From NCBI GenBank assembly GCA_963744145.1, contig CAVUSO010000001.1, forward strand, positions 6,400,001 through 6,464,000: DNA of 64,000 nt, in the 5' to 3' direction. A program made the position numbers and the translations under genes. Within the stretch, counting starts at the first letter, position 1. Each line of letters begins with the position of its first letter. Under the pieces are notes generated by a model. That model was given only the letters and a program-made list of their open reading frames with translations, was not told the DNA's origin and did no database searches. The stretch is from an uncultured cyanobacterium. Its GTDB lineage: Bacteria; Cyanobacteriota; Cyanobacteriia; Cyanobacteriales; CAWUOF01. Below are positions 9,098 through 19,786 of this stretch, one piece after another.

Positions 9098-10150
9098 TTG
9101 AAAACAATTAATTTGCAGAAGATTGGTACATACATTGTAGCTGGGCTAATAGCTAGTTTTAGCATGGGCTTTCCTTCAAAAGCCAGTAGTGATATATTGC
9201 CAACTTCAAACTACCACATAGTCAAAAAAATCCCTTTGGGTGGAACCGGAGGATGGGATTATCTAACGTTAGATAGTTTTGCCCATCGGCTATATATTAC
9301 ACGCTCAACCAGGGTAACAGTATTAAATGTTGATACTGGGGTAGTGGTGGGTGAAATACCTAATACTGCTGGAGTACATGGTGTAGCTATTGCGACCGAA
9401 TTGAATCGTGGTTTTACTAGTAATGGGAAAACTGCAACAGCTACTATATTCGATTTAAACACGCTCCAAGTGATCGGACAAGTGCCCACTGGTAATAACC
9501 CAGATGCAATTGTTTATGAACCCGCATCTCATCGAGTTTTTACTTTTAATGGTAGAAGTAATTCAGCCACTGTTTTTGATGCTAAAACTGCTAAAGTTGT
9601 AGGGACAATTGCCTTAGATGGTAAACCAGAATTTGCAGTTGCTGATAGTTTTGGGCAAATTTACGTCAATATAGAAGACAAAAGTGAAGTTGTAGTTTTA
9701 GATGCGACTAATCTCCAAGTAAAAGCAAATTGGTCGCTAAAACCCTGTTTAGAGCCAACTGGAATCGCGATCGATCGACAGCATCAACGGCTATTTGTCG
9801 GTTGTAGAAACAAAATGATGAATGTCCTAGATACAAATACAGGAAATATTAAAGCTACTCTACCCATTGGTAGTGGAACAGATGCGATCGCTTATGATCC
9901 AGAGACTCAACTCGCTTTTAGCTCAAATGGTGAAGGTTCTATCACCGTAGTACATGAGGATTCTCCCGAGCAATTTCGGGTGGTAAATAACGTTGTTACC
10001 CAGCAAGGAGCGCGAACAATGGCGTTAGATTTAAAGACACATAAACTATATTTGGTGACAGCTAAATTTCAACCCCTATCTAACCCTATTCCTGGACAAA
10101 GACCAAATATTATCCCTGGTAGTTTTGTAGTTCTAGTTTTAGAAAATTAA
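9098..10150 (+). CDS. YncE/YVTN-family beta-propeller protein, probably exported
   Basis: Signal-peptide-like N-terminus; GGWDYL, GVHGVA, NPDAIVYEP, GARTMALD blade motifs. Confidence 0.85.
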   Translation: MKTINLQKIGTYIVAGLIASFSMGFPSKASSDILPTSNYHIVKKIPLGGTGGWDYLTLDSFAHRLYITRSTRVTVLNVDTGVVVGEIPNTAGVHGVAIATELNRGFTSNGKTATATIFDLNTLQVIGQVPTGNNPDAIVYEPASHRVFTFNGRSNSATVFDAKTAKVVGTIALDGKPEFAVADSFGQIYVNIEDKSEVVVLDATNLQVKANWSLKPCLEPTGIAIDRQHQRLFVGCRNKMMNVLDTNTGNIKATLPIGSGTDAIAYDPETQLAFSSNGEGSITVVHEDSPEQFRVVNNVVTQQGARTMALDLKTHKLYLVTAKFQPLSNPIPGQRPNIIPGSFVVLVLEN

Positions 10151-10169
10151 ATCCGAATTTAATTACTGG

Positions 10170-11228
10170 CTATTTGGAGTTAACCGGAAAAACTTCTGTT
10201 AAAATTTCTTGATGAATTAAAGCTTGGTTAACTAAGGATTGAATTTTTGCTTCTGAAATAGGAGGAGTATAAGTATAATGTTCAATCCAAGTACGACTAA
10301 TGAAATCAGGATCTTCAGGAAGTTGGGATATTTCCCATCCTGGTAACTCTAGTTCATTGAGCAAGTTAGTAACTTTGGGATCGTAACTAATCCCAAAACA
10401 GCGACATTTTTGAGATGCTGCCATAATTAAACTATGCAGACGCATCCCGATCGCCATTTCTACTCCTTGAAATAATCCTTTTAACTCTCTTGGATCTTCG
10501 ATCAAAATCAGATGAGCAACATCACCTAAATGAGATTGCAGAGACTGGGCGATCGCTAAATCGTAACTAGGTTGAAAAGGGATGAGCAGGATACAAGTTT
10601 GGGTCGCTTGCTGAAAATTTACTAAAGCTTGAGTTAAAATAGCTAATCTGGTGGGAGTAAGCTGGGGATGCGATCGCAAGGTAACCGCGACTCTTGGTGT
10701 GGGTAAGTCTTTTAATCGATCAACTGGTTGAGCAGCTAAAGCCCAAACTGGATCAGGAGCTAGAGTAGAGGAAATGTGCCAATCTGTTAATAAATTAGCC
10801 GCTGCGCGATCGCGTACACTTACCGCAGTACAACCAGCAAAAGCTTTACGGGCAATTTTTTGGCTCAAAGGATGGTTCAGTGGACCAATCCCCTGAGCCC
10901 AAGCAATTGTTTTTAAACCGAGTCTTTGGGCCAATCCCATCAGTCCACCATAATACAAGGGACTCATTAGACCGGTGGTATCTTGGAGCAGACTACCACC
11001 ACCCCAAATAAAAACATCAGCATGGCGCATTGCTTGTATAACTGCAAAAAAAGACATCCGATCGCAGCTTTCCACCCCATAACGCTCTTCAGTTTGGACT
11101 GGATTTCCTGATAATACTAACGGTGTTACCTCACGGGGAAGCATTTGCAATAAAGATGCTAGTAATGCTTCATCTCCACCATTTCCTTTTCCATAGTAAC
11201 CACATAATAGTGCCCGCATCGACCCCAT
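10170..11228 (-). CDS. csaB: Polysaccharide pyruvyl transferase CsaB
   Basis: GYYGKGNGGDEALL, GGGSLLQD, SVRD, GMRLHSLI, SYDPKV. Confidence 0.93.
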   Translation of the reverse strand: MGSMRALLCGYYGKGNGGDEALLASLLQMLPREVTPLVLSGNPVQTEERYGVESCDRMSFFAVIQAMRHADVFIWGGGSLLQDTTGLMSPLYYGGLMGLAQRLGLKTIAWAQGIGPLNHPLSQKIARKAFAGCTAVSVRDRAAANLLTDWHISSTLAPDPVWALAAQPVDRLKDLPTPRVAVTLRSHPQLTPTRLAILTQALVNFQQATQTCILLIPFQPSYDLAIAQSLQSHLGDVAHLILIEDPRELKGLFQGVEMAIGMRLHSLIMAASQKCRCFGISYDPKVTNLLNELELPGWEISQLPEDPDFISRTWIEHYTYTPPISEAKIQSLVNQALIHQEILTEVFPVNSK

Positions 11229-11332
11229 TTTTTTCCTAATAATGCTTTAATCATCTGTCTTAGTCTAGAACAGTAACTGATCTGATTGACTAAAGAAAGC
11301 TATGATTGGTTGGCAAATCTCTGTTTAATCTT

Positions 11333-11650
11333 ATGCACGCTCTGTCAATTCCGACTTGGATCATCCATGTTTCCAGTGTGATCGAGTGGATCTTTGCGAT
11401 CTGGTTAATTTGGCGCTATGGTGAAATTAGTGGTAATAAATCGTGGTATGCGCTCTCTCTGGGGATGTTACCTGCGTTAGTGAGTGCTATGTGTGCTTGT
11501 ACTTGGCATTACTTTGATAATCCGAAATCTTTAGACTGGTTGGTAACCTTACAAGCAACTATGACGGTAGTAGGCAATTTTACCATGTGCATCGCCGCTT
11601 GGTGGATTTGGCGTGAGCAAAAAGCTAAATTAGATCATCCCCAAAATTAG
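11333..11650 (+). CDS. ycf49: Ycf49 / DUF2499 membrane protein
   Basis: MHALSIPTWIIHVSSVIEW...MCACTWHYFDN; ATG 11333. Confidence 0.88.
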   Translation: MHALSIPTWIIHVSSVIEWIFAIWLIWRYGEISGNKSWYALSLGMLPALVSAMCACTWHYFDNPKSLDWLVTLQATMTVVGNFTMCIAAWWIWREQKAKLDHPQN

Positions 11651-11669
11651 CATAAATTTGATCAAAACA

Positions 11670-11972
11670 ATGATTTCTAAAGATGCCCTGTTCGCGTTAT
11701 CTTTATTTCCTTACTTAGGATTTTTGTGGTTTCTGACTCGTTGTCAGCAAGTGCCACGTTTAGCTTTAATTGGTTTTTATTGTACCTTAGTTTTTGTCGC
11801 TGTTACTATTCCTGCCGGGATTTATGCCAAAATTGCTTATCAGCAATCCTTAGCAAATGTGGATTTTCTTCATGGTGGGGCGGAGTTTTTCTTGACTCTT
11901 GCTAATATTTTAATTGTCCTAGGTTTCCGCGAGGCAATCAATCAGAAATTAAAACAGCATCAACAAGAATAA
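11670..11972 (+). CDS. DUF3593 membrane protein
   Basis: [13 protein letters not shown]...[19 protein letters not shown]; usual partner of DUF2499. Confidence 0.85.
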   Translation: MISKDALFALSLFPYLGFLWFLTRCQQVPRLALIGFYCTLVFVAVTIPAGIYAKIAYQQSLANVDFLHGGAEFFLTLANILIVLGFREAINQKLKQHQQE

Positions 11973-11988
11973 TGCAGGAGTTAAGCAA

Positions 11989-13143
11989 TTGCTAGTTATT
12001 GGTTTAATTAGTGGCACTTCGGTCGATGGTATCGATGCAGCTTTAGTGGAGATTGTCGGGACAGAAGCAGATTTAGAAGTTAAACTGTTAGCCGGTGCTA
12101 CTTATCCCTATCCAGTCGAATTGCGATCGAAAATTTTGCAGGTATGTGGTGGGGCACCATTATCAATGGCAGAAGTAGCAGAATTAGATGATGCGATCGC
12201 GACAGTATTTGCCCAAACAGCTCTAAACATTCAAGCTGATTATCCTAAAGCTCAATTAATTGGTTCCCATGGACAAAATATTTACCATCGACCAAGATCG
12301 CAGTCGGCTGAAAAAACGATTAAATTGGGCTATAGTTGGCAACTAGGTCGCGGTGCGGCGATCGCTGCACTAACCGGAATTACGACTATTAGTAATTTTC
12401 GAGTCGCTGATATTGCGGTCGGGGGTGAAGGTGCCCCATTGGTGTCCCGGATCGATGTTTGTCTGTTAAGTCATCCCCAATATCACCGTTGTATTCAAAA
12501 TGTGGGTGGGATTGCGAATGTGACCTATCTACCTCCAGGAGAACGGGGAAATCGAAATCCGCAGATTTTGGGTTGGGATACAGGTCCAGGAAATACTCTA
12601 TTGGATCTAGCGGTGTTAGAGCTATCAGGAGGTACTAAAACCTATGATCAAAATGGTGCTTGGGCAGCAACGGGCACTCCCTGTATGAATTTAGTGAAAC
12701 AATGGCTTAAACATGATTTTTTCCAACAGTCACCACCCAAATCTACTGGTCGAGAGTTATTTGGTCAAGCTTATTGGCAACAGTGTTTAGCTGATGCTCA
12801 GGCTTACAATTTGCATAGTGCAGATCTGTTAGCAACACTGACCGAATTTACAGTAGCAACAATTGAGTATAGCTATCGTCATTTTTTACCCCACCCACCA
12901 GAACAGGTTTTATTGTGTGGTGGTGGTAGTCGTAATCTATATCTCAAACAGCGTCTGAGTCAGATTTTAGCCCCAATCCAGGTATTGACTACGGATGAAG
13001 CGGGTTTAAGTGCAGATTTCAAAGAAGCGATCGCTTTTGCGGTTTTGGCTTATTGGCGTTTTTTGGGAATACCTGGGAATTTACCAGAGGTAACTGGTGC
13101 TAAACATTCAGTGCTTTTAGGTGAAATTTATCCGGTAGCTTAA
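11989..13143 (+). CDS. anmK: Anhydro-N-acetylmuramic acid kinase
   Basis: [46 protein letters not shown]. Confidence 0.96.
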   Translation: MLVIGLISGTSVDGIDAALVEIVGTEADLEVKLLAGATYPYPVELRSKILQVCGGAPLSMAEVAELDDAIATVFAQTALNIQADYPKAQLIGSHGQNIYHRPRSQSAEKTIKLGYSWQLGRGAAIAALTGITTISNFRVADIAVGGEGAPLVSRIDVCLLSHPQYHRCIQNVGGIANVTYLPPGERGNRNPQILGWDTGPGNTLLDLAVLELSGGTKTYDQNGAWAATGTPCMNLVKQWLKHDFFQQSPPKSTGRELFGQAYWQQCLADAQAYNLHSADLLATLTEFTVATIEYSYRHFLPHPPEQVLLCGGGSRNLYLKQRLSQILAPIQVLTTDEAGLSADFKEAIAFAVLAYWRFLGIPGNLPEVTGAKHSVLLGEIYPVA

Positions 13144-13235
13144 TTGTAGTGTGATAGCATAGAACCCATTAGTGGCAACAACAAGTCGTCGCATTCAGCA
13201 TATTGCAGTAAGCAACAAACACAAGGGGTAGCACT

Positions 13236-13685
13236 GTGGCTCACACCTTTTTACTGGAACCGGGCCGATGGACATTGGAAGGAAATTGGCTAGAGCGAGA
13301 TGGGATGCCAATAATTGTGAAAGGGCGAACCTTAGTCGCATGGAATCGAGAAGACTGGTTTACCATGATTACTAAGTTTGTTTTCCCCACCACCGATCGG
13401 CAGGAAATTACTTTCCAATACCGAGGGCATCTTGATGGAGGAGAACGTCAATATACTTTTGTGCTTCAGCACAGTGAATGGGGCAAGGTTGAAGGGGAAG
13501 GTTGGATTTCTCCAGAAACGATCGTGCAGCGCTATTGGGTATTGGCTAACGATCGCCAACGTCGTAGTGGATTTGAAACTCTCCGACGAGTGACTAGCGA
13601 TAAATATTATCTTTCTAGTGCCATTATGTTTGGGAATAAATTAACTAGCACGATGGAGGCAACTCTAGAACGTCAGTCAGAATAA
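13236..13685 (+). CDS. Conserved hypothetical protein, beta-rich
   Basis: 149-aa ORF with GGGG RBS-like sequence before the GTG; followed by a hairpin. Confidence 0.7.
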   Translation: MAHTFLLEPGRWTLEGNWLERDGMPIIVKGRTLVAWNREDWFTMITKFVFPTTDRQEITFQYRGHLDGGERQYTFVLQHSEWGKVEGEGWISPETIVQRYWVLANDRQRRSGFETLRRVTSDKYYLSSAIMFGNKLTSTMEATLERQSE

Positions 13686-13732
13686 GGATATCCAGAGCCT
13701 ATTTAATCTGTAAGTTTGTTCTAACTGCTAAA

Positions 13733-13763
13733 TTCGGGTTACCCCATCGGTGGGCAACCCGAA
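13733..13763 (+). terminator. Hairpin downstream of the ycf49-anmK cluster
   Basis: TTCGGGTT...AACCCGAA stem. Confidence 0.45.
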
Positions 13764-13914
13764 CTAATCCTCTCACAATTTTATCCTTCGTCTCAATTGA
13801 ATGAGAATATGATCAGATTAACTAGAAATCAACTAGATCCACAGTTAAAATAGTATTTATCTTGAGCGCCATCTACCTAATCAAAACCACGATTCAGCAA
13901 ATGAGGATAAGATC

Positions 13915-15093
13915 GTGCTGGAACCCGGACAGATTTTACATGAACGTTATCAGCTTAAACAACTATTAGGCAAAAATGCTGGCCGCCAAACTTGGCTATC
14001 TGAAGACTTAGCAAGTATATCACAAAAATTAGTTATTGTCAAACTCCTAGCCTTTGGTGGTGAAATCCAGTGGGATGACCTCAAACTTTTTGAAAGAGAA
14101 GCTCAAATTCTCAAACAATTAAGCCATCCTCGGATTCCTAAATATCACGATTATTTTTCGATCGATGATAAAATTCTCTGGTTTGGGTTAGTACATGAAT
14201 ATATTCCAGGAAAATCTCTTAAAGAAAAACTAGAGCAAGGTAAAAGATTTACTGAAACAGAAGTAAGGAAAATTGCCATTGAAGTTTTGCAGATCTTAAT
14301 TTATTTGCACGGACTCAATCCCCAGGTGCTCCATCGTGATATTAAGCCCAGTAATTTAATTTGGAGTGAAGATAATCAAATTTATGTAGTTGATTTTGGT
14401 GCTGTCCAAGATCGAGCTGCGAAAGAAGGAGCTACATTTACCGTTGTTGGTACTTATGGTTATGCACCGATTGAACAATTTGGTGGTCGGGCAGTACCAT
14501 CATCAGATTTGTATGCACTAGGAGCAACTTTAATTCATTTATTAACAGGAACTGCACCAGCTGATTTACCTCAGCTCAATCTGAAAATTCAATTTGCTGA
14601 CCGGATTAATTTGACTGCTAATTTGATTAATTGGCTCGAACAACTCACTGAACCAGCTTTAGAAAAACGATTTAGTAGTGCCAAAATTGCTTTAGAAGAA
14701 TTAGAATCAGGTATATTACATCCGCGAGCAGTGTTACCACCATTAGCATCAATCAAGGCTTCTGGACAAGGATTTAATTCTAAAGTATCAGTACCAGAAG
14801 AAATTTTGGGTTGGAATTGGGGGGCATTTTTATTAGCTCCTCTTTGGCCCTTTTCTAACCGCGTCTGGATTGGACTGTTAACTTGGATACCTCATTTTGG
14901 TTGGGTCATGGCTTGGATGTTGGGGGCTAAGGGGAATGAATGGGCATGGAAAAGCAAAAAATGGCGCAGTATTGAGCAATTTAAAGCCCATCAAAGAGGT
15001 TGGGCGATCGCCGGGATTATGGTAGGTATTCCAGTTTCGTTGGCGATTTGGGCGCTGTTGTTTGGGATCATTACATCTATATTTCACTTTTAA
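13915..15093 (+). CDS. Hanks-type Ser/Thr protein kinase with a C-terminal membrane domain
   Basis: VIVK, HRDIKPSN, DFG, GTYGYAPIEQ, SDLYALG; C-terminal WNWGAF hydrophobic region. Confidence 0.93.
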   Translation: MLEPGQILHERYQLKQLLGKNAGRQTWLSEDLASISQKLVIVKLLAFGGEIQWDDLKLFEREAQILKQLSHPRIPKYHDYFSIDDKILWFGLVHEYIPGKSLKEKLEQGKRFTETEVRKIAIEVLQILIYLHGLNPQVLHRDIKPSNLIWSEDNQIYVVDFGAVQDRAAKEGATFTVVGTYGYAPIEQFGGRAVPSSDLYALGATLIHLLTGTAPADLPQLNLKIQFADRINLTANLINWLEQLTEPALEKRFSSAKIALEELESGILHPRAVLPPLASIKASGQGFNSKVSVPEEILGWNWGAFLLAPLWPFSNRVWIGLLTWIPHFGWVMAWMLGAKGNEWAWKSKKWRSIEQFKAHQRGWAIAGIMVGIPVSLAIWALLFGIITSIFHF

Positions 15094-15098
15094 TTAAA

Positions 15099-15620
15099 GG
15101 CGTTGCTGAATATAATGTAAGATTTGGGATAATGGCAAAATAAAATGTTTTCAATGTAACTCGACTCAAATCACTAAAAATAGGCAGCGTCGAGAGAAAC
15201 AATGCTATAAGACAATACGGTTAATTTAAGAATATTTTGGGGAATATGGGCGAAGAAGAAGGGCATAGTCGAGACATTGTTGTCTGGAATATGAGATGGA
15301 GTGAGTTCATTCAGGTGATCTGTGGGGTTGGGCGGGTTCATCAAGGTTATTTGTGTGTTGCAATTAAATCGGTGAACCCGCCCCTACAGGTGATCTAATT
15401 TCCGATGTTTAAACAGATTTCTGCCCATCAAAATGTCTTGTCGATGAATTAATGCCCACCATCAATCAGGATTTGTAGGGGCAGGTTCACCAATCAATTC
15501 TGCTCCAAGCAGATAACTATCATAAACCTGCCCAACCAACACAGATCACTCACAAGCGACTTTAACCGATGCCATTCATGCCCAATCTTACTGTACTTGA
15601 TCAATGGGTCATCTGCTGTA
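15099..15620. repeat. IS1-type end followed by a composite MITE/REP cluster
   Basis: GGCGTTGCTGAAT at 15099 (same as the IS1 TIR at 25814); degenerate CAATACGGTTAATTTAAG at 15213; inverted copy of the 1490-1640 block. Confidence 0.65.
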
Positions 15621-15786
15621 TAGTAGCGATCGCTCTGAAAACATGGTGATCGCACTCCACCATCCAGAATTAAAACACGATTATCTCTTCCAAAATACTT
15701 AACACTTTTTAACCATAATTTCTGCTGGACACTTTTTCTAACTGTATGCTATTATTTATACAGAACCCTGTAGATTATTGGTGGTT

Positions 15787-15880
15787 ATGACTGAAATTAT
15801 TTTTCAAAGTGAAGTAGGAGTAGATTACCCTCATCTCAGCAACCTATTAACTGATGGTAAATAGAGAGAAGCAAACCGAG
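15787..15880 (+). pseudogene. GUN4-like domain 5' remnant
   Basis: MTEIIFQSEVGVDYPHLSNLLTDGK*REANR resembles the GUN4-domain start SEVGVDY..L..LL..GKW.EAD, with TAG (15862) at the Trp position. Confidence 0.55.
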
Positions 15881-16011
15881 CAGAAAAATTACCGAATGGA
15901 AAACTACTGAATTTAGAATTAATCCGATATAATTCTGTTGTCTCAATTGCTTATTTAGCTAATTGAAACGAAATTAAAATATCCTATAAACCAACCTACC
16001 AAAATCATAAA

Positions 16012-16647
16012 ATGAACAAGACTAAAGAATCTACTTATCCATTACGTCATATTTCTATTCGTGTTCCCTGGCATGATAATGGTTGGAATGGAACCGTATG
16101 AGACCTATCGGAATTAAAAATATATGCTTCTGATGCGTTTTCAGAGACGGCTAGGCGTTTGACAAATTTATTTGAAACACCTCGTAAAGCAGAAGTATTT
16201 TTTACTAAACCATGCTCAGAAGATAATCTTAGTTATCCAAAACAATGTTTTTTGGACAATCGCCTAATTCATAGGACTAGTAAAGGTGAAGCTGTTCGTT
16301 CTAAGTCAGAGGTGATTATTGCAAATTTATTACATCAGCATAAAATTGATTATGTTTATGAACAAGCATTGACAATTGGGAATATTACTAAATATCCTGA
16401 TTTTACGATTGAAGACCCTGAAAGTGGTATCAAGTATTATTGGGAACATTGTGGTTTACTAAGTAACCCAGTTTATCAGCAGAGATGGAACGCTAAAAAA
16501 CAATGGTATAGAGAAAATAATATTTTACCATACAGTGAAGATGGTGGTACAAAGGGAACTCTTATAGAAACTAGCGATGACGATAATGGTGGTATTTCTT
16601 CACCAGAAATTGAAAAAGTTATCAGAAAAGTAATTTTGCAATATTAG
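16012..16647 (+). pseudogene. Internally deleted RecD-like helicase-nuclease gene
   Basis: N-terminal YPLRHISIRVPWHDNGWNGTV* (TGA 16099) in frame with C-terminal SETARRLTNLF...HRTSKGEAVRSKSEVIIANLL...PDFTI...WEHCG (PD-(D/E)xK-like); no helicase core between them. Confidence 0.65.
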
Positions 16648-16773
16648 TTACTTATCACATTCCAGTAGAGCTTTAGTTTAAATAAACTATCAGATTTTAA
16701 CTGGATAGGCTCTCCCGTCATCTTGGGTAGACCGTGTATTATGCTACAAAATTTTCAGCAGTTAGTTATGGTG

Positions 16774-16907
16774 CAATACGGTTCAGTTAACCGTAGGGGC
16801 GAAGCATTCGGGCGATAATTAATCACTTAAACCCGTTAATATTATATCCGAATGCTTCGCCCTTCTTCGCCGATATCTCTCAAAATATCCTTAACTGAAC
16901 CGGATTG
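16774..16907. mobile_element. 134-bp MITE with 10-bp TSD
   Basis: TIRs CAATACGGTTCAGTTAA / TTAACTGAACCGGATTG; TSD AGTTATGGTG at 16764-16773 and 16908-16917; internal GGGCGAAGCATTCGG...CCGAATGCTTCGCCC palindrome. Confidence 0.9.
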
Positions 16908-16999
16908 AGTTATGGTGTGGTAATACAGCGTATGACCGATTTGTGAAGTATATAGCGTGTTGTCGGTGATGTGAGATGATGTGGGTTCATTAAGTGAGC

Positions 17000-17470
17000 T
17001 GTGGGGCAGGGCGGGTTCACCAATCAATTCTGATCCAAATCGATCACGACCATAAACCCGCCCAACCAAACGAGATAACTGACTGTACTTCATCAACGGG
17101 TCATCCGCTGTGTTATGTCCGAATGCTGATTTCTACGGTACGCTACGCGAATGTCCTTCTTCTACGCCGCGATCCCCCAAAATATCCTTGACTGAACCGG
17201 ATTGACTGAGATCCCCAGATTCTTACCTGAACTATTTGGTTCATCTAGTCAATCGATTTGATTCATAAATGGCCCAGGGCAAAGCATTTCGGTCATAGTT
17301 CTCTGCGTTTGGGCCATATTCGATCTGCCGAAATGCTTTGCCCCTACAAATCCGGACACAATTCTGTTTATCGTCCAATCCGGTTCAGTTAAGGGTAGGG
17401 GCGAAGCATTCGGGCGACAATTTATAGTTCAAACCCAGTAATGTTATATCCGAATGCTTCGCCCTTCTTC
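17000..17470. repeat. Further MITE/REP-like copies, partial or nested
   Basis: TIR at ~17188-17203; REP-like pair 17275-17347; TIR CAATCCGGTTCAGTTAA at 17376 followed by the same palindrome. Confidence 0.75.
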
Positions 17471-17543
17471 TTCTGCGCCGAGATCCTAACCAACTCTACA
17501 ATAGATGAGATTTTATGATCACCATGAATAGGAGAAAGCCTAA

Positions 17544-19730
17544 TTAAAGAGTTAATTTAGAATTAATTGGCACAGAAGCATTCACCAAAGACAAGAGGGG
17601 ACCTGTTTGTTCTTGACCATTCACGGCTAAATCACTGTGACAAAGATATACTCTTTCTCCGACACGACCGAGTAAATCAAATAAAATTCTTCTTAAACGC
17701 ATCCGATCGGCTTCTAGTATATCCGCAGTAGTCCAAGGTTTTCCTGACCAATCCTTTAAAAATAAAGGGGCACCAAACAAAGTGGCAGCGCCACCAATGG
17801 GCCAAAGTTGAGAACCGGGATCTAACCAAAATTGCCACCGATGCGATCGCCGCTGAGAACGATATTGAAAAATATTAGCTAGAGTGATTGCTTTAGCGGC
17901 TAAACCGAGTGGACGTACTGGATAAGGATTAGCGGTAATAGTTCCCTGACGTAATAATTGAATAAATTGACCAACGGTAGTCTGGACAGGAGGATCATGT
18001 TGGTCACTTTGACGCAATCTGACATCAATTTCCCAATAATGTTGTGCGGTTTCCATTAATTCTCGTAAAGCTGCTAATTGATCGAAAGGGAGATAACTAC
18101 CATTCCATAAAAATCGCTGAATGGTTCGGTCTAAAGCAGAAACTGGACTAGGAAGTAACCGTAGGGCTAATTGCGATCGCTGTTTTTCTAACCACTGTAA
18201 AATTTCCTGATAAGCATGGGTCGCTTGAGATCCTAGTCGATCCCAACGGGGAAAAGATGTGACTGGTAATAAGTCTGGTTTGTCTAAATCTGGTTGATAA
18301 CAATGATCAGCGATTAAACCTGCTCGGACTGGATCAATGAGCGCAGTAGTTTTGATCTGAGCTAAAGGATCTGCGGTGGTGACTTCTGCTCTTTGACTCA
18401 AGACTACTAACATTTGAGCGATCGCTGCCCGATCAACTAAGCGACCTAAACCGGGATAAATTAAAGCTAGTACAGTTAATAAAGCCCGGATGATCGGTGA
18501 ACTCGCTAAGGGTCGTTGATCGTGGAGCAATTCAATTTGGATTCCTTGATGGGTGAAAATTTTGGTGAGAGTATAACGGGCGATCGCATCTAAACCAGGT
18601 GCAATAATCGCAATATCTTGGGGTTGAACTTCCTGAGTCTGGATGGAGCGAATTATGATCTCTGCGATTTCCCGAAGTAACTGAGCCCGAGAAGAGGTTT
18701 GAATGGAGACAATCAGATCGGGTAATGGTGATAAAAACACTGGATCATCAACCAAATCTACTACTTGAGTAGCAATCATGGCAGTGCCAGGATCAGGATC
18801 GGTCAAAGTTTCGACTTGACAACGTTGCTGTAAACCTTCCAAATAAACCGGATCTGCACCTAGTCCTAATCTAATTCCACCATAAGGATTATAAGTAAAT
18901 ACGCTTTTCATCCCCTGATCTAAACAAAAATCAAACAGATCTCGGGCTAAACTAGGATATTCATCCACATCATCAGCGAATAGAGCTTGATATCTGGTCG
19001 CGAAATGATGTTGATAAATGGGATGGGGGAATAGGTGTTGACCATAGAGTTCAGCAATAATCCCATAAGTCAGTAAACCTCTGTCTAAACACCAGTTGCG
19101 CCACTTCACCAATAAATCTGCCACTATAGCTGTGGAGACAAAACTTTTTCCCTGGTTCGGACCCCCATCCTCCCGATCTGATTCAGCCGCAAAACCTTGT
19201 TCTAACATGAGGGGAATATCGGTAATTGGGGTTCTACTAATTCCTGCTAGTTGAAACAAGTCGAGTGTCCGACGAACCAAACGAGCTTTACTCACTCCTT
19301 CCTGACGGAACACCCCTCCTTCTAATTCAGAGTGCCACAAACGGGTCGCTAACTCCTGTTCAGTTTCCGGACGTAACTTTAAGGGAAATTGGACTTTGAG
19401 ATTTAATTGGTGAATTAATAAGGGCCAATAAAGCATCACTTCATCTTGAAAAAATCCTAAAGGTGTGGTTGAATCAAAAGAATAATAACCCTGAGAAACT
19501 TTCTCGATTCGCTCTGCTAGTTCCAGCCGATTATCGCCATTAGCTGCAAATACTAAAATTCCGGTTTGATGATGGAGTTTAGAGGGGTTATGTTGTGGAT
19601 AATTACTTTTCCCGACCAAACTACCTGTTCTCTGGTTTAGCTGACCAACTGTTGTCATCAATTCGGTGATCAAACGAGTTGTTTTACCACTCCGGGTAGG
19701 ACCAGAAATCCAAAATGAATTAAAAATCAC
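17544..19730 (-). CDS. Conserved cyanobacterial UvrD/AddB-like P-loop protein, probably a degenerate helicase
   Basis: GPTRSGKT Walker A, FADDVDEY Walker-B-like motif, DIAIIAPG. Confidence 0.7.
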   Translation of the reverse strand: MIFNSFWISGPTRSGKTTRLITELMTTVGQLNQRTGSLVGKSNYPQHNPSKLHHQTGILVFAANGDNRLELAERIEKVSQGYYSFDSTTPLGFFQDEVMLYWPLLIHQLNLKVQFPLKLRPETEQELATRLWHSELEGGVFRQEGVSKARLVRRTLDLFQLAGISRTPITDIPLMLEQGFAAESDREDGGPNQGKSFVSTAIVADLLVKWRNWCLDRGLLTYGIIAELYGQHLFPHPIYQHHFATRYQALFADDVDEYPSLARDLFDFCLDQGMKSVFTYNPYGGIRLGLGADPVYLEGLQQRCQVETLTDPDPGTAMIATQVVDLVDDPVFLSPLPDLIVSIQTSSRAQLLREIAEIIIRSIQTQEVQPQDIAIIAPGLDAIARYTLTKIFTHQGIQIELLHDQRPLASSPIIRALLTVLALIYPGLGRLVDRAAIAQMLVVLSQRAEVTTADPLAQIKTTALIDPVRAGLIADHCYQPDLDKPDLLPVTSFPRWDRLGSQATHAYQEILQWLEKQRSQLALRLLPSPVSALDRTIQRFLWNGSYLPFDQLAALRELMETAQHYWEIDVRLRQSDQHDPPVQTTVGQFIQLLRQGTITANPYPVRPLGLAAKAITLANIFQYRSQRRSHRWQFWLDPGSQLWPIGGAATLFGAPLFLKDWSGKPWTTADILEADRMRLRRILFDLLGRVGERVYLCHSDLAVNGQEQTGPLLSLVNASVPINSKLTL

Positions 19731-19786
19731 AGATCCACCTCCAAAAAAATTGTTAAAATCTCCATCATGGTAAGTTACTCTAAAAT

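Noticed and set aside
16842..17191. Two short ORFs
   Set aside because: Lie within MITE/REP repeats
17544..19730. Degenerate helicase as a novel defence gene
   Set aside because: Normal HIP1 density and a housekeeping context beside pxcA; I recall it as a conserved cyanobacterial gene
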